From Octopus sinensis (lineage: Eukaryota), in contig NC_043009.1 in assembly GCF_006345805.1 (NCBI RefSeq), positions 43,462,001-43,526,000 on the forward strand: a DNA stretch of 64,000 nucleotides. Reading direction: 5' to 3'. This document shows positions 53,022 through 64,000 of this stretch, one piece after another. Under the pieces are notes generated by a model. The model saw only the letters and a list, made by a program, of their open reading frames with translations, searched no databases and was not told the origin of the DNA. Each line of letters opens with the position of its first letter. Position 1 is the stretch's first letter. A program made the position numbers and the translations under genes.

Positions 53022-53930
53022 ATTATTCAAGTGGCTGAAGATGAGAAGTAGCGTGACAATTTATAAGCAAAAATACTTCCATCATTTTCTCTAATATTTC
53101 GTATTTGCGCTCTGACTGAGTTTCATCAATCTTTCTTTTCATCAAGTTCCTTCTAATGGCTTGTTCCGAAGCAGCTATGGTCAGCAATTCAGATTTTCGC
53201 TCCAGGTTTCCATAGATCAGCCACAACTAGCACTCTTCACTTCCAGCAGGTTTGTTACATGAAATGACCATAATAATTCCTTCTCTTTCCTGTCGTTCTT
53301 GAATTTTCTGTTTCAGCGACTTTTTGGATAATTCTGCCTCAGATGATGTTTATTTCTTTATTACCCATAGGAGGACTAAACACAGAGGGGACAAACAAGG
53401 ACAGAAAAAGGGGTAAGTCGATTACATCTACCCTAGTGCGTAACTGGCACTTATTTAATCAACCCCGAAAGGATGAAAAGCAAAGTCGACCTCGGCTGAA
53501 TTTGAACTCAGATAATGTTGTTTCTTCACTATGCACAGCGTAGTTTTTCAGACCTAATATTTCAGAATTGACAGTCTAGCACATTTAACATATTTCTCCA
53601 TCCATCTCGGTCAGTGGAGCCTATCGATGTTCCTTTTAGAGTGGTATGCGTTATGAATTGTGAACAGGTTCATAGTTCTTCCATCCAATTCTTGTAGCTC
53701 TGACTTTGTCCTCTTTAGAAAAAGAGCAGAGTATCTCAATATTATCACAATCAATGTATTCATTGCCTTGATGACACTATCCCCAGTTATTCAAGTGGCT
53801 GAAGATGAGAAGTAGCGTGACAATTTATAAGCAAAAATACTTCCATCATTTTCTCTAATATTTCGTATTTGCGCTCTGACTGAGTTTCATTAATCTTTCT
53901 ATTCATCAAGTTCCTATTCATCAAGTTGTG
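53022..53930 (-). pseudogene. R4/Dong-like LINE remnant (RT thumb and pre-zinc-knuckle region), partly duplicated and SINE-interrupted
   Basis: IKAMNT..IILRYSALFL..TKSELQELDGRT..LFTIHNAYH..IDRL..PR; WLIYGNLERKSELLTIAASEQAIRRN..KIDETQSE; 53022-53150 repeated at about 53787-53915. Confidence 0.6.
53350..53512 (-). mobile_element. SINE family B (tail 1), 5'-truncated
   Basis: Family match. Confidence 0.8.
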
Positions 53931-54013
53931 GCTTGTTGTACCTTCATAACTCCTTGTTTGTGCTCTGTGGAGGCTTTCTCTTTCATTTTTCCTTTCAATG
54001 CTCTATCCTATCT

Positions 54014-54198
54014 CAGCGTTTTTCAAACTGTAGGTCCCGACCCTTCAGTTGGCCGCCACAAAAAAGAAGGAAAGAAAAAAATGCAAGTGGATGCAAGGGC
54101 AGGATATCCAGCGTTTTTCGAACTGTGGGTCGCAACCCTTGAAGTGGGGTCGAGAGATAAATAAAATAGGTCGCGACAAAAAAGTTTGAAAAACGCAG
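54014..54198. mobile_element. hAT/Charlie-type MITE with a duplicated left end
   Basis: Left TIR CAGCGTTTTTC(A/G)AACT at 54014 and 54109; right TIR AGTTTGAAAAACGCAG at 54183-98. Confidence 0.6.
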
Positions 54199-54384
54199 CA
54201 TCTCCTGCAACATTCTTTGGTAACGTCATCTGGTGGTATCATTTATACCATCAGATCTAATCTTTCGATTTCTCTTCATACGTAATGAAAACTGCACCCT
54301 TATTCTCCCCGGACTGCTTATCAGCAGCTTGCAAAATATTCTTATAGCTTGGACGAGAGAAGCCAGTTTTTTTTTCACCTTTGG

Positions 54385-54398
54385 TATATCATCATCAT

Positions 54399-54444
<46 letters not shown>

Positions 54445-54825
54445 GTCATCATCATCATTATCGCTGTCGTCGCTTTCGTCATCACTGTCGTCGTCGTCAT
54501 AATCATCATCATCATCATCATCATCATTGTCGTCGTCATCACCTTCATCATCATCACCACCACCACCATCATCATCATCATCGTCATCAACGTCCTCATC
54601 ATCGTTATCGCTGTCGTTGTCGCTTTCGTCATCACTGACGCTGTCGCTGCCGTCGTCGTCGTCGTCATCATCATCATTGTGGTCGCGGATGTCATCGTCA
54701 TCATCATTATCATCATCGCCGTCATCGTTGTCGCTGTCGTCGTCGTCATCATCATCATCATTATCCTCCTCTTCCCCACCATCATCATCATCATCATCAT
54801 CGTCATCATTATCATCATCATCACC
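54385..54825 (+). repeat. (CAT/CGT)n trinucleotide array
   Basis: Direct reading; source of the poly-Ile/Met/Ser ORFs. Confidence 0.9.
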
Positions 54826-55479
54826 ATGTTTTACCTGTGTTATAATTTTTTACGAGTTGCTCCCAAATCTCTACCACAGAAGTCAAGGGACAACAAGGTT
54901 TAGCATCTAAAGTGCCTTACAATTGTGCCATAAAAATGAAGTGCCTTACAATTGTAAAAAAAAACCCCAAAACCCCCCAAAATACTTGAGTGTAACATAA
55001 AAGCTCTTTATAAAATTTACAACACCGAATGAGTAAAACTGGATTTACACGGAGAGGAATTTATGCAAAATATATGAGGTGCCCATAAAGACGGATCTTT
55101 TGCAATTCACTTATTTTGGTGTTGCCAGAAATTTGTTCTGCCTATTTGATTTCATTCCAAATGCTCCGGTAACAATGGGTAATGTTGGAGGATTTTAAAG
55201 GAACTGTTAAACAGATTTTGTAAGGTAGAATTGGTAGATTGAAGATGATAACTCGGGAAAATGTGAAAATTACAATGGATGACCAATGGTGGAATTCGTT
55301 GCCGATATGTTTTCGTGATGGGCGAAGGCATGGCTGGTGGCTCCGTGGTAAGAAGCTTGCTTCTCGACCACATGGTTCTAGGTTCAGTTCCAGTACTTGG
55401 AGCCTTGGGCAAGTGTCTCTTGATATAGCCTCGGACCGACCTAAGTCTTGCGAGTGGATTAGATAGAAGCCCACCGTAT

Positions 55480-55509
<30 letters not shown>

Positions 55510-55514
<5 letters not shown>

Positions 55515-56030
55515 ATGTGTATGCATGTATATATATATATATATATGTCCTGTTTTTATTCTTTATGTGTACTGTATTTTTTTATATTTGTATTTTTATT
55601 TGTATTGCTTTTACGTCCTGTTCTTGTCACATTTTTTTCTTTCCCTGTTTTTACCCCTCTGCAAGGGAATTTTATTTAATTCCCTCGCAGGAAGGGCCGG
55701 TCTGACGAGCGTGTCCTGTCCTTACCTTCGAAACATGCATGGAGTCGAACCGGGGACAGCTGATGAAGGGGAATGTTCCTTGTGTTGTTTGTCCTGTGTT
55801 CTGTTTTTTCGTTGTTAAAAAAAGTCCGTTCCCTTGTTTTTATGTTTTCGTTTCTCGTTGAGTTCTACGTCTATTTGTGGTGTCCTGTACTCACATATAT
55901 ATATTTATATATGCATGTATATATACATGTAGATGTAGGTACGTACATATATGTATGTATGTATGCATATATTTTATTTATTACATTATTGTATGACTGA
56001 GCGCCCTCGCGTCGTTTCTTTCCTTTCTCC
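55510..56030 (+). repeat. PLE pseudo-LTR-like sequence including a family H copy
   Basis: 55700-55960 is homologous to 25940-26336 (-). Confidence 0.5.
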
Positions 56031-56037
56031 CAGTATG

Positions 56038-56126
<89 letters not shown>

Positions 56127-56134
56127 ATATATAT

Positions 56135-56175
<41 letters not shown>

Positions 56176-56176
56176 A

Positions 56177-56235
<59 letters not shown>

Positions 56236-56489
56236 GGTGGGCTTCTATCTAATCCACTCGCAAGCTTTAGGTCGGTCCGAGGCTATATCAAGAGACACTT
56301 GCCCAAGACTCCATATACTGGAACTGAACCTAGAACCATGTGGTCGAGAAGCAAGCTTTTTACCACGCAGCCACCAGCCACGCCTTCGCCCATCACAAAA
56401 ACATATCGGCAACGAAGTTCCACCATTGGTCATGTATTGTAATTTTCACATTACACACACACACACACACACACACACCACACACACAC

Positions 56490-56542
<53 letters not shown>

Positions 56543-56679
56543 TGGTACTTATTCTATCGGATCTCTTTTGCCGAACCACTAAGTTATGGGGACGTAATCA
56601 CACAAACACCGGTTGTCAAGTAATGGTGGGGGACTAATGCAGACCCAAAGACACACACACAATGTATGTGTGTGTGTGT

Positions 56680-56905
56680 TTGTGTCTTCGTGTCTGTGCT
56701 TGACCCCACTCACCATTACTTGACAATCGGTGTTTGTGTGTTTACGTTCCCCTAACTTAGCCGTTCGACAAAAAAATCCGATAGAATAAGTACTAGGATT
56801 AAAAAATGTAAGTACTGGGGTCGATTCATTCCACCAGAAATATTTCGAGGCGGTGCTCCAGCATGGCCGCAGTCTAAAGATTGAAATAAGTAAAAGATAA
56901 AAGAT
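56680..56905 (+). mobile_element. SINE family A, 3' half
   Basis: Tail GGCGGTGCTCCAGCATGGCCGCAGTC. Confidence 0.75.
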
Positions 56906-56939
56906 AGGATGCGTAACATTTGTTATAGATATCATTCTT

Positions 56940-57205
56940 AGAGGTATCATTCGTAGAAGGAGTTAAATGAAGACAGACCTGCCATTATAACCGTCGTGGA
57001 CTTCAGCAAAGCTTTTGACAGCATCCATCTTTACAAAATGCTGAAGATCCTTCGAGTGTATGGCATCTATTTCATGGTGATGCAAGAATAGGAAAACGTC
57101 GTCACACATCGACAGCTTGATTGTAGACACTGGCCTGGAATGTATCCAGAGCCTCGAAGCGGTGATGATGGATCAAGAAGTGTGGCGGGTGAACTTTGTT
57201 GCTGT
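56940..57205 (+). pseudogene. RTE/RTE-X LINE RT fragment joined by a deletion to the ORF2 C-terminus
   Basis: ITVVDFSKAFDSIHLYKMLKILRVYGI, then DSLIVDTGLECIQSLEAVMMDQEVWR. Confidence 0.75.
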
Positions 57206-58089
57206 GACCCTGGTTGGAACCTGGCCATAATAAAAATAATCATTCTTAGCCACTGTCGAAATGTTATTGTTAAGCACTGAGCTTTGAACATCTCGATTTT
57301 TACCCAATTTGTCCTTCCTTGTTTGAGTTAGCGAAATTAAAATTTTAGCTGCTATTTCTGGCAGGTCGAGTGAATACGTAGCGGCTTCCAGATGAATAAT
57401 AACAACTGCTGAGTAATTCTTTAGCTTCGTGTTAAATTGTTTTTGTTTTTAACTCGACATAAAACGAACATTAATATATATGTTGTAAACGTCGTAAGAA
57501 TTTAGAAACTTCGTGAAATAACTCTTTTTTTTTTTAGGAACGGTGACTCTCGAAGAAAGTAAAACTATCTTTAAGTAACAGCGTTTTAATACTGAGTTAA
57601 AAACCTTTTGGATAGAAAAGGTAGAAGGCTGCCCGAGGGACTCGAACTCACATCTGTAAATATGACATGCATTCTGCCGTCGGATCACAGCAAAAAGAAT
57701 AAGCATTTTTGAGTATGTGTGTGTAAGTATGCATGTTTCATTAACACACGATTGTGATCCGGTTTATCTTTTACAGATTTTCTAATATTTCGTACCTGAT
57801 TCTTGCACTTTGTTTGGAACAATAATAAACTTCCTAAAACCATATTCAACGTTTCCAGACCTTCACTTTCTCATTTCCAAGAATTGAAATAGATTTGGCG
57901 TCTGCGTTGCGCCATATATTCTGGTTAAAATTTTGTAGTCTTTTCCTTTTGTTACCTTTAGGTTTCCACATCAACAGTCATGTGTTATTGTTTTGTTGCC
58001 AAATGTTTTGACCGTTAGGTTTCCATATCAGAAGCCATGTGTTAATTTGGTAATGTTTGTGCAGCGTGTTTATTTTGGCATTGTGTTGA

Positions 58090-58350
58090 GATATGAGTGT
58101 GGCTTTCATAATGAATCTATTTTATCCTCTTGCTTTTTGTCTTGTAGTGTGTGGTATAGAGTGTTGCGACTGCTTCTGGTAAATGCATCGCGAACCTACG
58201 AGAGAGTATTGTACTAGTATGTCCAATATAACAGTGGAGTCCTGAAGTTTAAAGCTTCCAATTTCAAAATCCAATTTGTAGATTTTCGTTTCCATAAGTA
58301 GCTTATTCTCAAATCTGAACTTTGACTCGCCATCTTTTATTTTCAACAAA
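58090..58350 (-). pseudogene. Decayed Penelope-like GIY-YIG fragment
   Basis: ETKIYKL.../CYIGHTSTILSRRFAMHL across a frameshift. Confidence 0.5.
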
Positions 58351-58417
58351 ATTTTTAAATATTATTTCATAACCTCACACGTACTGAAAGCAAAAGAAGA
58401 CACACATACATACATAC

Positions 58418-58582
<165 letters not shown>

Positions 58583-59024
58583 TATATATATATATATACA
58601 TACATATATATATATACATTCGTTCATGATCAGTCTATTTTTCCAAGATATTATGAATTTTATGATGATTATATATTATTGAGGCAAAGTTTTATAGATG
58701 CATGCTCATCCTATCGCTAACCTTCATTTGTTTCTCAAGTAAGAGTTTTTATTCCACATTCTGAAAATGATGAGCTGGCAGATAATTTATTGAGTAGATA
58801 ACATGCATTTTCATGCAGCTGTAAACACCTGCATATATTATATGTATGTAATTCTTCAATTGAAACTGAGAGTGCATCTTGCAAATCGGTTTTCATGCCA
58901 CTGCAATTTTCAGGCATGGATGTGGAATGAGATTCAAGTTGTGAGACAATTTCTTTTTCAATAAAAAAAGCCATGTCATGTACATCTGTTCGGCATCCCA
59001 TTCTCATTCATTTGCCATAAACCA

Positions 59025-59237
59025 ATTTCTTTACTACCCACAAGGGGCTAAACACAGAGAGGACAAACAAGCGGATTAAGTCGATTATTTCTACCCCAGT
59101 GCGTAACTGGTACTTATTTAATCGACCCCGAAAGGATGAAAGGCAAAGTCGACCTCGGCAGAATTTAAACTCAGAACGTAGCAGCAGACGAAATACCGCT
59201 AAGCATTTCGCCCGGCATGCTAACGTTTCTGCCAGCT
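59025..59237 (-). mobile_element. SINE family B (tail 1)
   Basis: Family match. Confidence 0.85.
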
Positions 59238-59574
59238 ACCAAATTCACTCTTATGGCATTGCACTATCTGTAACTATTGTAGAAGACACTTATCTGAGGT
59301 AGCATGCACTGGAACTGCATCCCAAACAATTGCAAAGCGATAACTATCTATGTTTATCATTTACTTGCTTCAGTCATTAGTCTGCGGCCATGCTGGGGTA
59401 CCACTTTGAAGAATTTTTAGTTGAACAAATCGACTCCCATATTTATTCTTTTTGTTAAGCCTGGTACTTACCTTATCAGTATCTTTTGCCAAACTGCTAA
59501 GTTACAGGGACATAAACACACCATCACCAGTTGTCAAGTGGTGGGGGTGAGTAAACACATAGATATACATACAT

Positions 59575-59749
59575 ATATCTTTTACTTGTTTCAGTCATTT
59601 GACTGTGGCCATGCTGAAGCACCGCCTTTAGTCGAGCAAATCGACCCCAGGACTTATTCTATCATTCTCTCTTGCCGAACTGCTAAGTGCCGGAGACGTA
59701 AACACCAGCATCGGTTGTCAAGCAATGTTGCGGAGGACAAACATGCACA

Positions 59750-59786
<37 letters not shown>

Positions 59787-60292
59787 GACGGGCTTCTTTC
59801 AGTTTCCATCTACCAAATCCACTCACAAGGCTTTGGTCGGCCCGAGGCTATAGTAGAAGACACTTGCCCAAGATGCCACGCAGTGGGAATGAACCCAGAA
59901 CCATGTGGTTGGTAAGCAAGCTACTTGCCACACAGCCACTCCTGTGCCTATATATAATATATATATATTATACTTGATGGGCTTCTTTCAGTTTCCATCT
60001 ACCAAATCCACTCACAAGGCTTTGGTCGGCCCGAGGCTATAGTAGAAGAAACTTGCCCAAGGTGCCACGCAGTGGGAATGAACCCAGAACCATGTGGTTG
60101 GTAAGCTACTTGCCACACAGCCACTCCTGTGCCTATGGGCTTCTTTCAGTTTCCATCTACCAAATCCACTTGCATGGCTTTTGTTGATCCGAGGCTAGAG
60201 TACAAGACATTTGCCCAGGGTGTCATGCAGTGGGACTGAACTGAGAACCATGAAGTTGGGAAGTAAGGTACTGACCACACAGCCATGCCTCA
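59575..60292 (-). mobile_element. SINE family A with a triplicated 5' half (about 59790-59948, 59980-60135, 60137-60292)
   Basis: Three consecutive GGGCTTCTTTCAGTTTCCATCTACCAAATCC...CACACAGCCA units. Confidence 0.85.
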
Positions 60293-61418
60293 CACAAGCA
60301 AGATAAAATAAAGCAAGACAAATAAAAAATAAAAGGAAAGTAATAATAAAAAACAGAGAAACATCTTTATTAAGGTTTTTGTTTGAGATTTTGATGAGTC
60401 TTTTGTTTATTTCTTCTTGTCTTGTTTTTTTTTGCTTTGTTGTTGTTTTTTTTTGGTAAATTTGAAAAGTTTATAGGTGAATTTAGTGCTAAAGAGTTAC
60501 TTTGTGCACTGTCAAAAAAAAAAAAAAAGAAAAAACTAGAAAATACTGTGTTTATTATTATTATTATTATTCTTTGCTTGAACTCCAGCTTTTGTGCAGT
60601 TCTTAGTCAAATTTAAAAAAAAAAGGGGGATAAATCCAACTGAAATTTGATAAAAAAAAAATGAACTCTCCAACAGACACCCCTCCCCCCAGCCTTTTTT
60701 GGGATGAAAAAAAAAAAACAACGGAATACCCTTGTTTATATTGGAGTTAGTTTCATCTTTTTCTAACATCTCCAAAAGAAAAAAAAAATTAAAAAATTCT
60801 TCAACTGAACAATTAACTTAACATTCAGAACATTTTTTTTTCAATGGTTTATTTTATTTTTTTTTTTTTCACTTGGAACCCAGATATTACAAGGTAAAAA
60901 ATAATTAAATTTTTGTAAGAAAGATTTTTTAATTAAATAAAATGAAATTTAATATATAATAACGTTTGGAAAAAAAAAAATTTTTTTTCGCTATGATTGG
61001 AATACTAATGAAGAGTTAATCTCTCATTCTAATTAGTGGTTTTCTTTTTGTTGATTTTTTTTTAAATGGAATATATTATTTGTTTTGTTGGGTTTCTTTT
61101 TCTCCCCATAGAAATTAAATATATCGGGGTGAGAAGAGTCAGATATCTTTAGTTTAAAAAAAAAAAAATAATATTTAACAGACAGGTCAAGTATATATAA
61201 AAATATAAATAGTTTTATTTTTCTGGGACTGAATTTGTCCTAAAAACTCTATTATGTTTCATTCATTCTTTCATTCATAAGTAACCTGTTGGTGTAAGGT
61301 TAATAATAATAATTAAAAAAAACCCCACAAGATCTGCATATTTTTTTCCTTTTCAGGTGGTTTGACCCATTCCAAATAAACAGAACATTTGACTTAAGCG
61401 AACTTAAAAGAAACTTAC

Positions 61419-61623
61419 GCTGCGTTATATTGAACCACTGTTATTTTCCACTTCAGTATTCCTAGGAAGGAACCTAACCATTTTGTTCTACTACATGCAA
61501 CTTTACCAAAGCGAATAATAGTCAGTTGAAACAGATTTTCAACATCTGCATATCCTTCCTGCTGATAACTCCCACCTGTCTCCCAAGTAAGGTAATATTT
61601 GCCCCTGGCCCAGACATGTTTGC
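61419..61623 (-). CDS. Candidate internal exon (205 nt) of an unidentified gene
   Basis: Acceptor TCATTCATTTCCACTCTTTCAG, donor GTAAGT, and one frame open throughout (GKHVWARGKYYLTWETGG...VQYNA); no homology recognised. Confidence 0.4.
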
Positions 61624-64000
61624 CTGAAAGAGTGGAAATGAATGACACCACTTGTATGAAGGTGAAGCTCGTTTACAACCATCACACAATGTCAACACAA
61701 ACATGCACATACATATATATGCACACGCATTCAATGGGCTTCTTTTAGTTTCTGCCTATCAAATCCACCCACAAGGCTTTGATTAGCCCAGGACTAAAAA
61801 AAGACATTTGCTTAAGCTGCCATGCTGTGGAATTGCATATAAAAACTACATGGCTTTCTTAACCACATAGCCATGCCTGCACACACACACATATATATCA
61901 TAGATATATATATGTATATATAATTCTAATATTTTTACCAAAGCCACCTAACCTGAAGCAAAAGCACAAGTGAGTGAAATGACCTGTTCAAGTTACGATC
62001 AATGAACAGATTGCATTCCTCTCCTATGTACACATAACACATTAGTTTGAGCAATATTAGAACACCATAAAAAGTATTTCCAAACCATTCTTTTGATTGA
62101 TGATATGGAAATAGGATTTCTTCAAGACATTTCTCTAATTCTAATATCATGCCTAACTTGAAAGCAGAGATTCAAGATTCAATTGACAAAATATATTTAC
62201 CCCCACCCCACCAAAAACTCAGTTTGAATTAAAAATAATTATTTCCCAGGGATATTTTGTAGTTAAAAAGTAAACAGAACTAAGGAAAAATTTTTATTGT
62301 TGAGTAAATATTCAACAAAAAAGGATGAACCTGTTAACTAAAAATTGGCATAAGATTTATATTTTTAATAGTTAATGATAGATTTTCAGCAGAAATATAA
62401 TTATTATTAAATGTACAAATTAAGTCAACCCCTTTCTTCCAATTCACTTTACACTGCCCCTCTATGATATAAACTTAATGTTTTAAGTGAACTAAATTAA
62501 GCCTTTTATCAAAATTTCATGATAATTTATGTCCTAAACTTAATGATGAAGGGGGTTTTAATGAATTCATTATTTTCATCAGTTTCAGACAATTCTACAT
62601 AATTGGCATATGAATGGGCCATGATACTACAAAACTTGTCTTAAAATGACTGAACAGATTCTCTTTTCTGGTAGTGCTATTAAGTTAGACATGGTCTCGA
62701 CCAATCTTTGGCCAAGGTATTACAACCAACACACATCTGTTCATGAATGCATGCATGTATGTATATATATATATATATAATATATATATATATACATACA
62801 TACAGACATGTGTGTATAGGTTGTAAGGCAAACATATCACTATACATTAAATCTTAAAGAGTGACTGATTCCTTATTTCTTCTCTAATAGGGAACCACTA
62901 CACAAGAAGAGGAGGATCCATGTGATATCATGTCGTTTACTCACATATTTCAACTCAGAAATAATTATAGAAAATGTGAAGTTTTTTTGCTCGGCTAATT
63001 AAGTACTTGTAGTAACTTTCGTTCTATTGTATGTAAGGGGGTGCCTTTATTTTGATTCTTAGAACAGAGTCCAGTAGAATAATGGACTAGATATTATCAA
63101 CATCACTATCAATATCATTATCATCATCATCATCATCATCAAAGAATGCTGTTAGTTTGTGTTAACTTTTGGAGAAGGGGCAAGATTCCTGCCACCACAA
63201 TTAGGTAACATACACACACGCACACACAAAATGCATAGCTTCTTTTTCCAAGACTGAGGTCAAAAGTTTTTTGTTTCTTTTTTATTGAAACCCCAAATTT
63301 AGCTCTACAGTAATAAAAAAGGGGAGAGTGTTTGTTCACCCCCACAAAACTGCAGCTGTCAAAGTTAAGAAAAAAAATATCGGTACCTCAAGAATGTCAT
63401 TAGTTTTCTTGCATTACTAGTATTTATGATTGATTAGTTGGGTGTGGTTTGGTTTTTGGTGGTGGGGGGTCAGGAAAGTTATTTTCTGTTAGCAGTTAAT
63501 GTTGATCGATTTATTTGCAAATATTGCAGAATGTCAAATCAGTAAATAAAAATGGTCTAATGATTAGTTGAACCAATTAAGAATTTCAAAAATGAAATCT
63601 ATTTTAATTTTTTTTTTTAATGGAAAGAAAGGGGGCCTTTTCTTAAGAAACAAATAAACAAACACAGAAATAAAAGAAAGAAAGAATTCAGAAGCCCAAG
63701 CACCTTGATGGCTAATAACCTTCAGAGAACAATGAACAAATGGGAACTAATAGCATGAAGTACAAGCAATAATGCATTGCCGATAGCCACAGAACAGGTA
63801 CCAGGTATAATGTTTAAGACTAAAATCCTTGCAGTGTTTGCATAAGATTTCTTTTGAGGTATAGAAATTCATTTTCTTAGTTGTACTGTTTACAAGACAT
63901 CACTAAAGTGGAATTGCGAAAGTTCCATTCCATAAATGGCTAATGAACCACTGATGGTGCTTGATATCTCCAAATCTTTCTTTCTCTCTCAAGGTGTCCG

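Noticed and set aside
55697-55775. CTGACGA...GAAAC...GTC...CTGATGA in family H as a type I or type II hammerhead
   Set aside because: Stem I cannot be paired in either topology in either copy (55.7 kb or 26.3 kb)

Overview
This is a repeat-saturated, AT-rich eukaryotic window, most likely octopus or another coleoid cephalopod. The taxon is inferred from the SINE families and the microsatellite density; it is not shown directly. I recognised no complete protein-coding gene. Almost all ORFs in the track are translations of microsatellites or SINEs. The window contains at least five tRNA-derived or related SINE families in dozens of copies, decayed LINE fragments (CR1/L2-group, RTE, R4/Dong-like), two Tc1/mariner transposase remnants, and several Penelope-like element (PLE) RT and GIY-YIG fragments. 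It also has one plausible minus-strand exon (61419-61623) and a 100-N gap. The most notable signal is a set of small elements carrying hammerhead-ribozyme (HHR) motifs: (i) a 382-bp inverted-repeat element with an intact minimal type I HHR in each arm, pointing outward (20054-20435); (ii) a tRNA-headed SINE-like element with an HHR motif in its tail (50288-50577); (iii) a five-copy family with a CUG-U-YGA variant core; and (iv) a perfect 58-bp palindrome folded back at an HHR-like core. Several local inverted duplications of flanking DNA also occur, two of them around PLE-like sequence. All structures were paired by eye and no activity is demonstrated.
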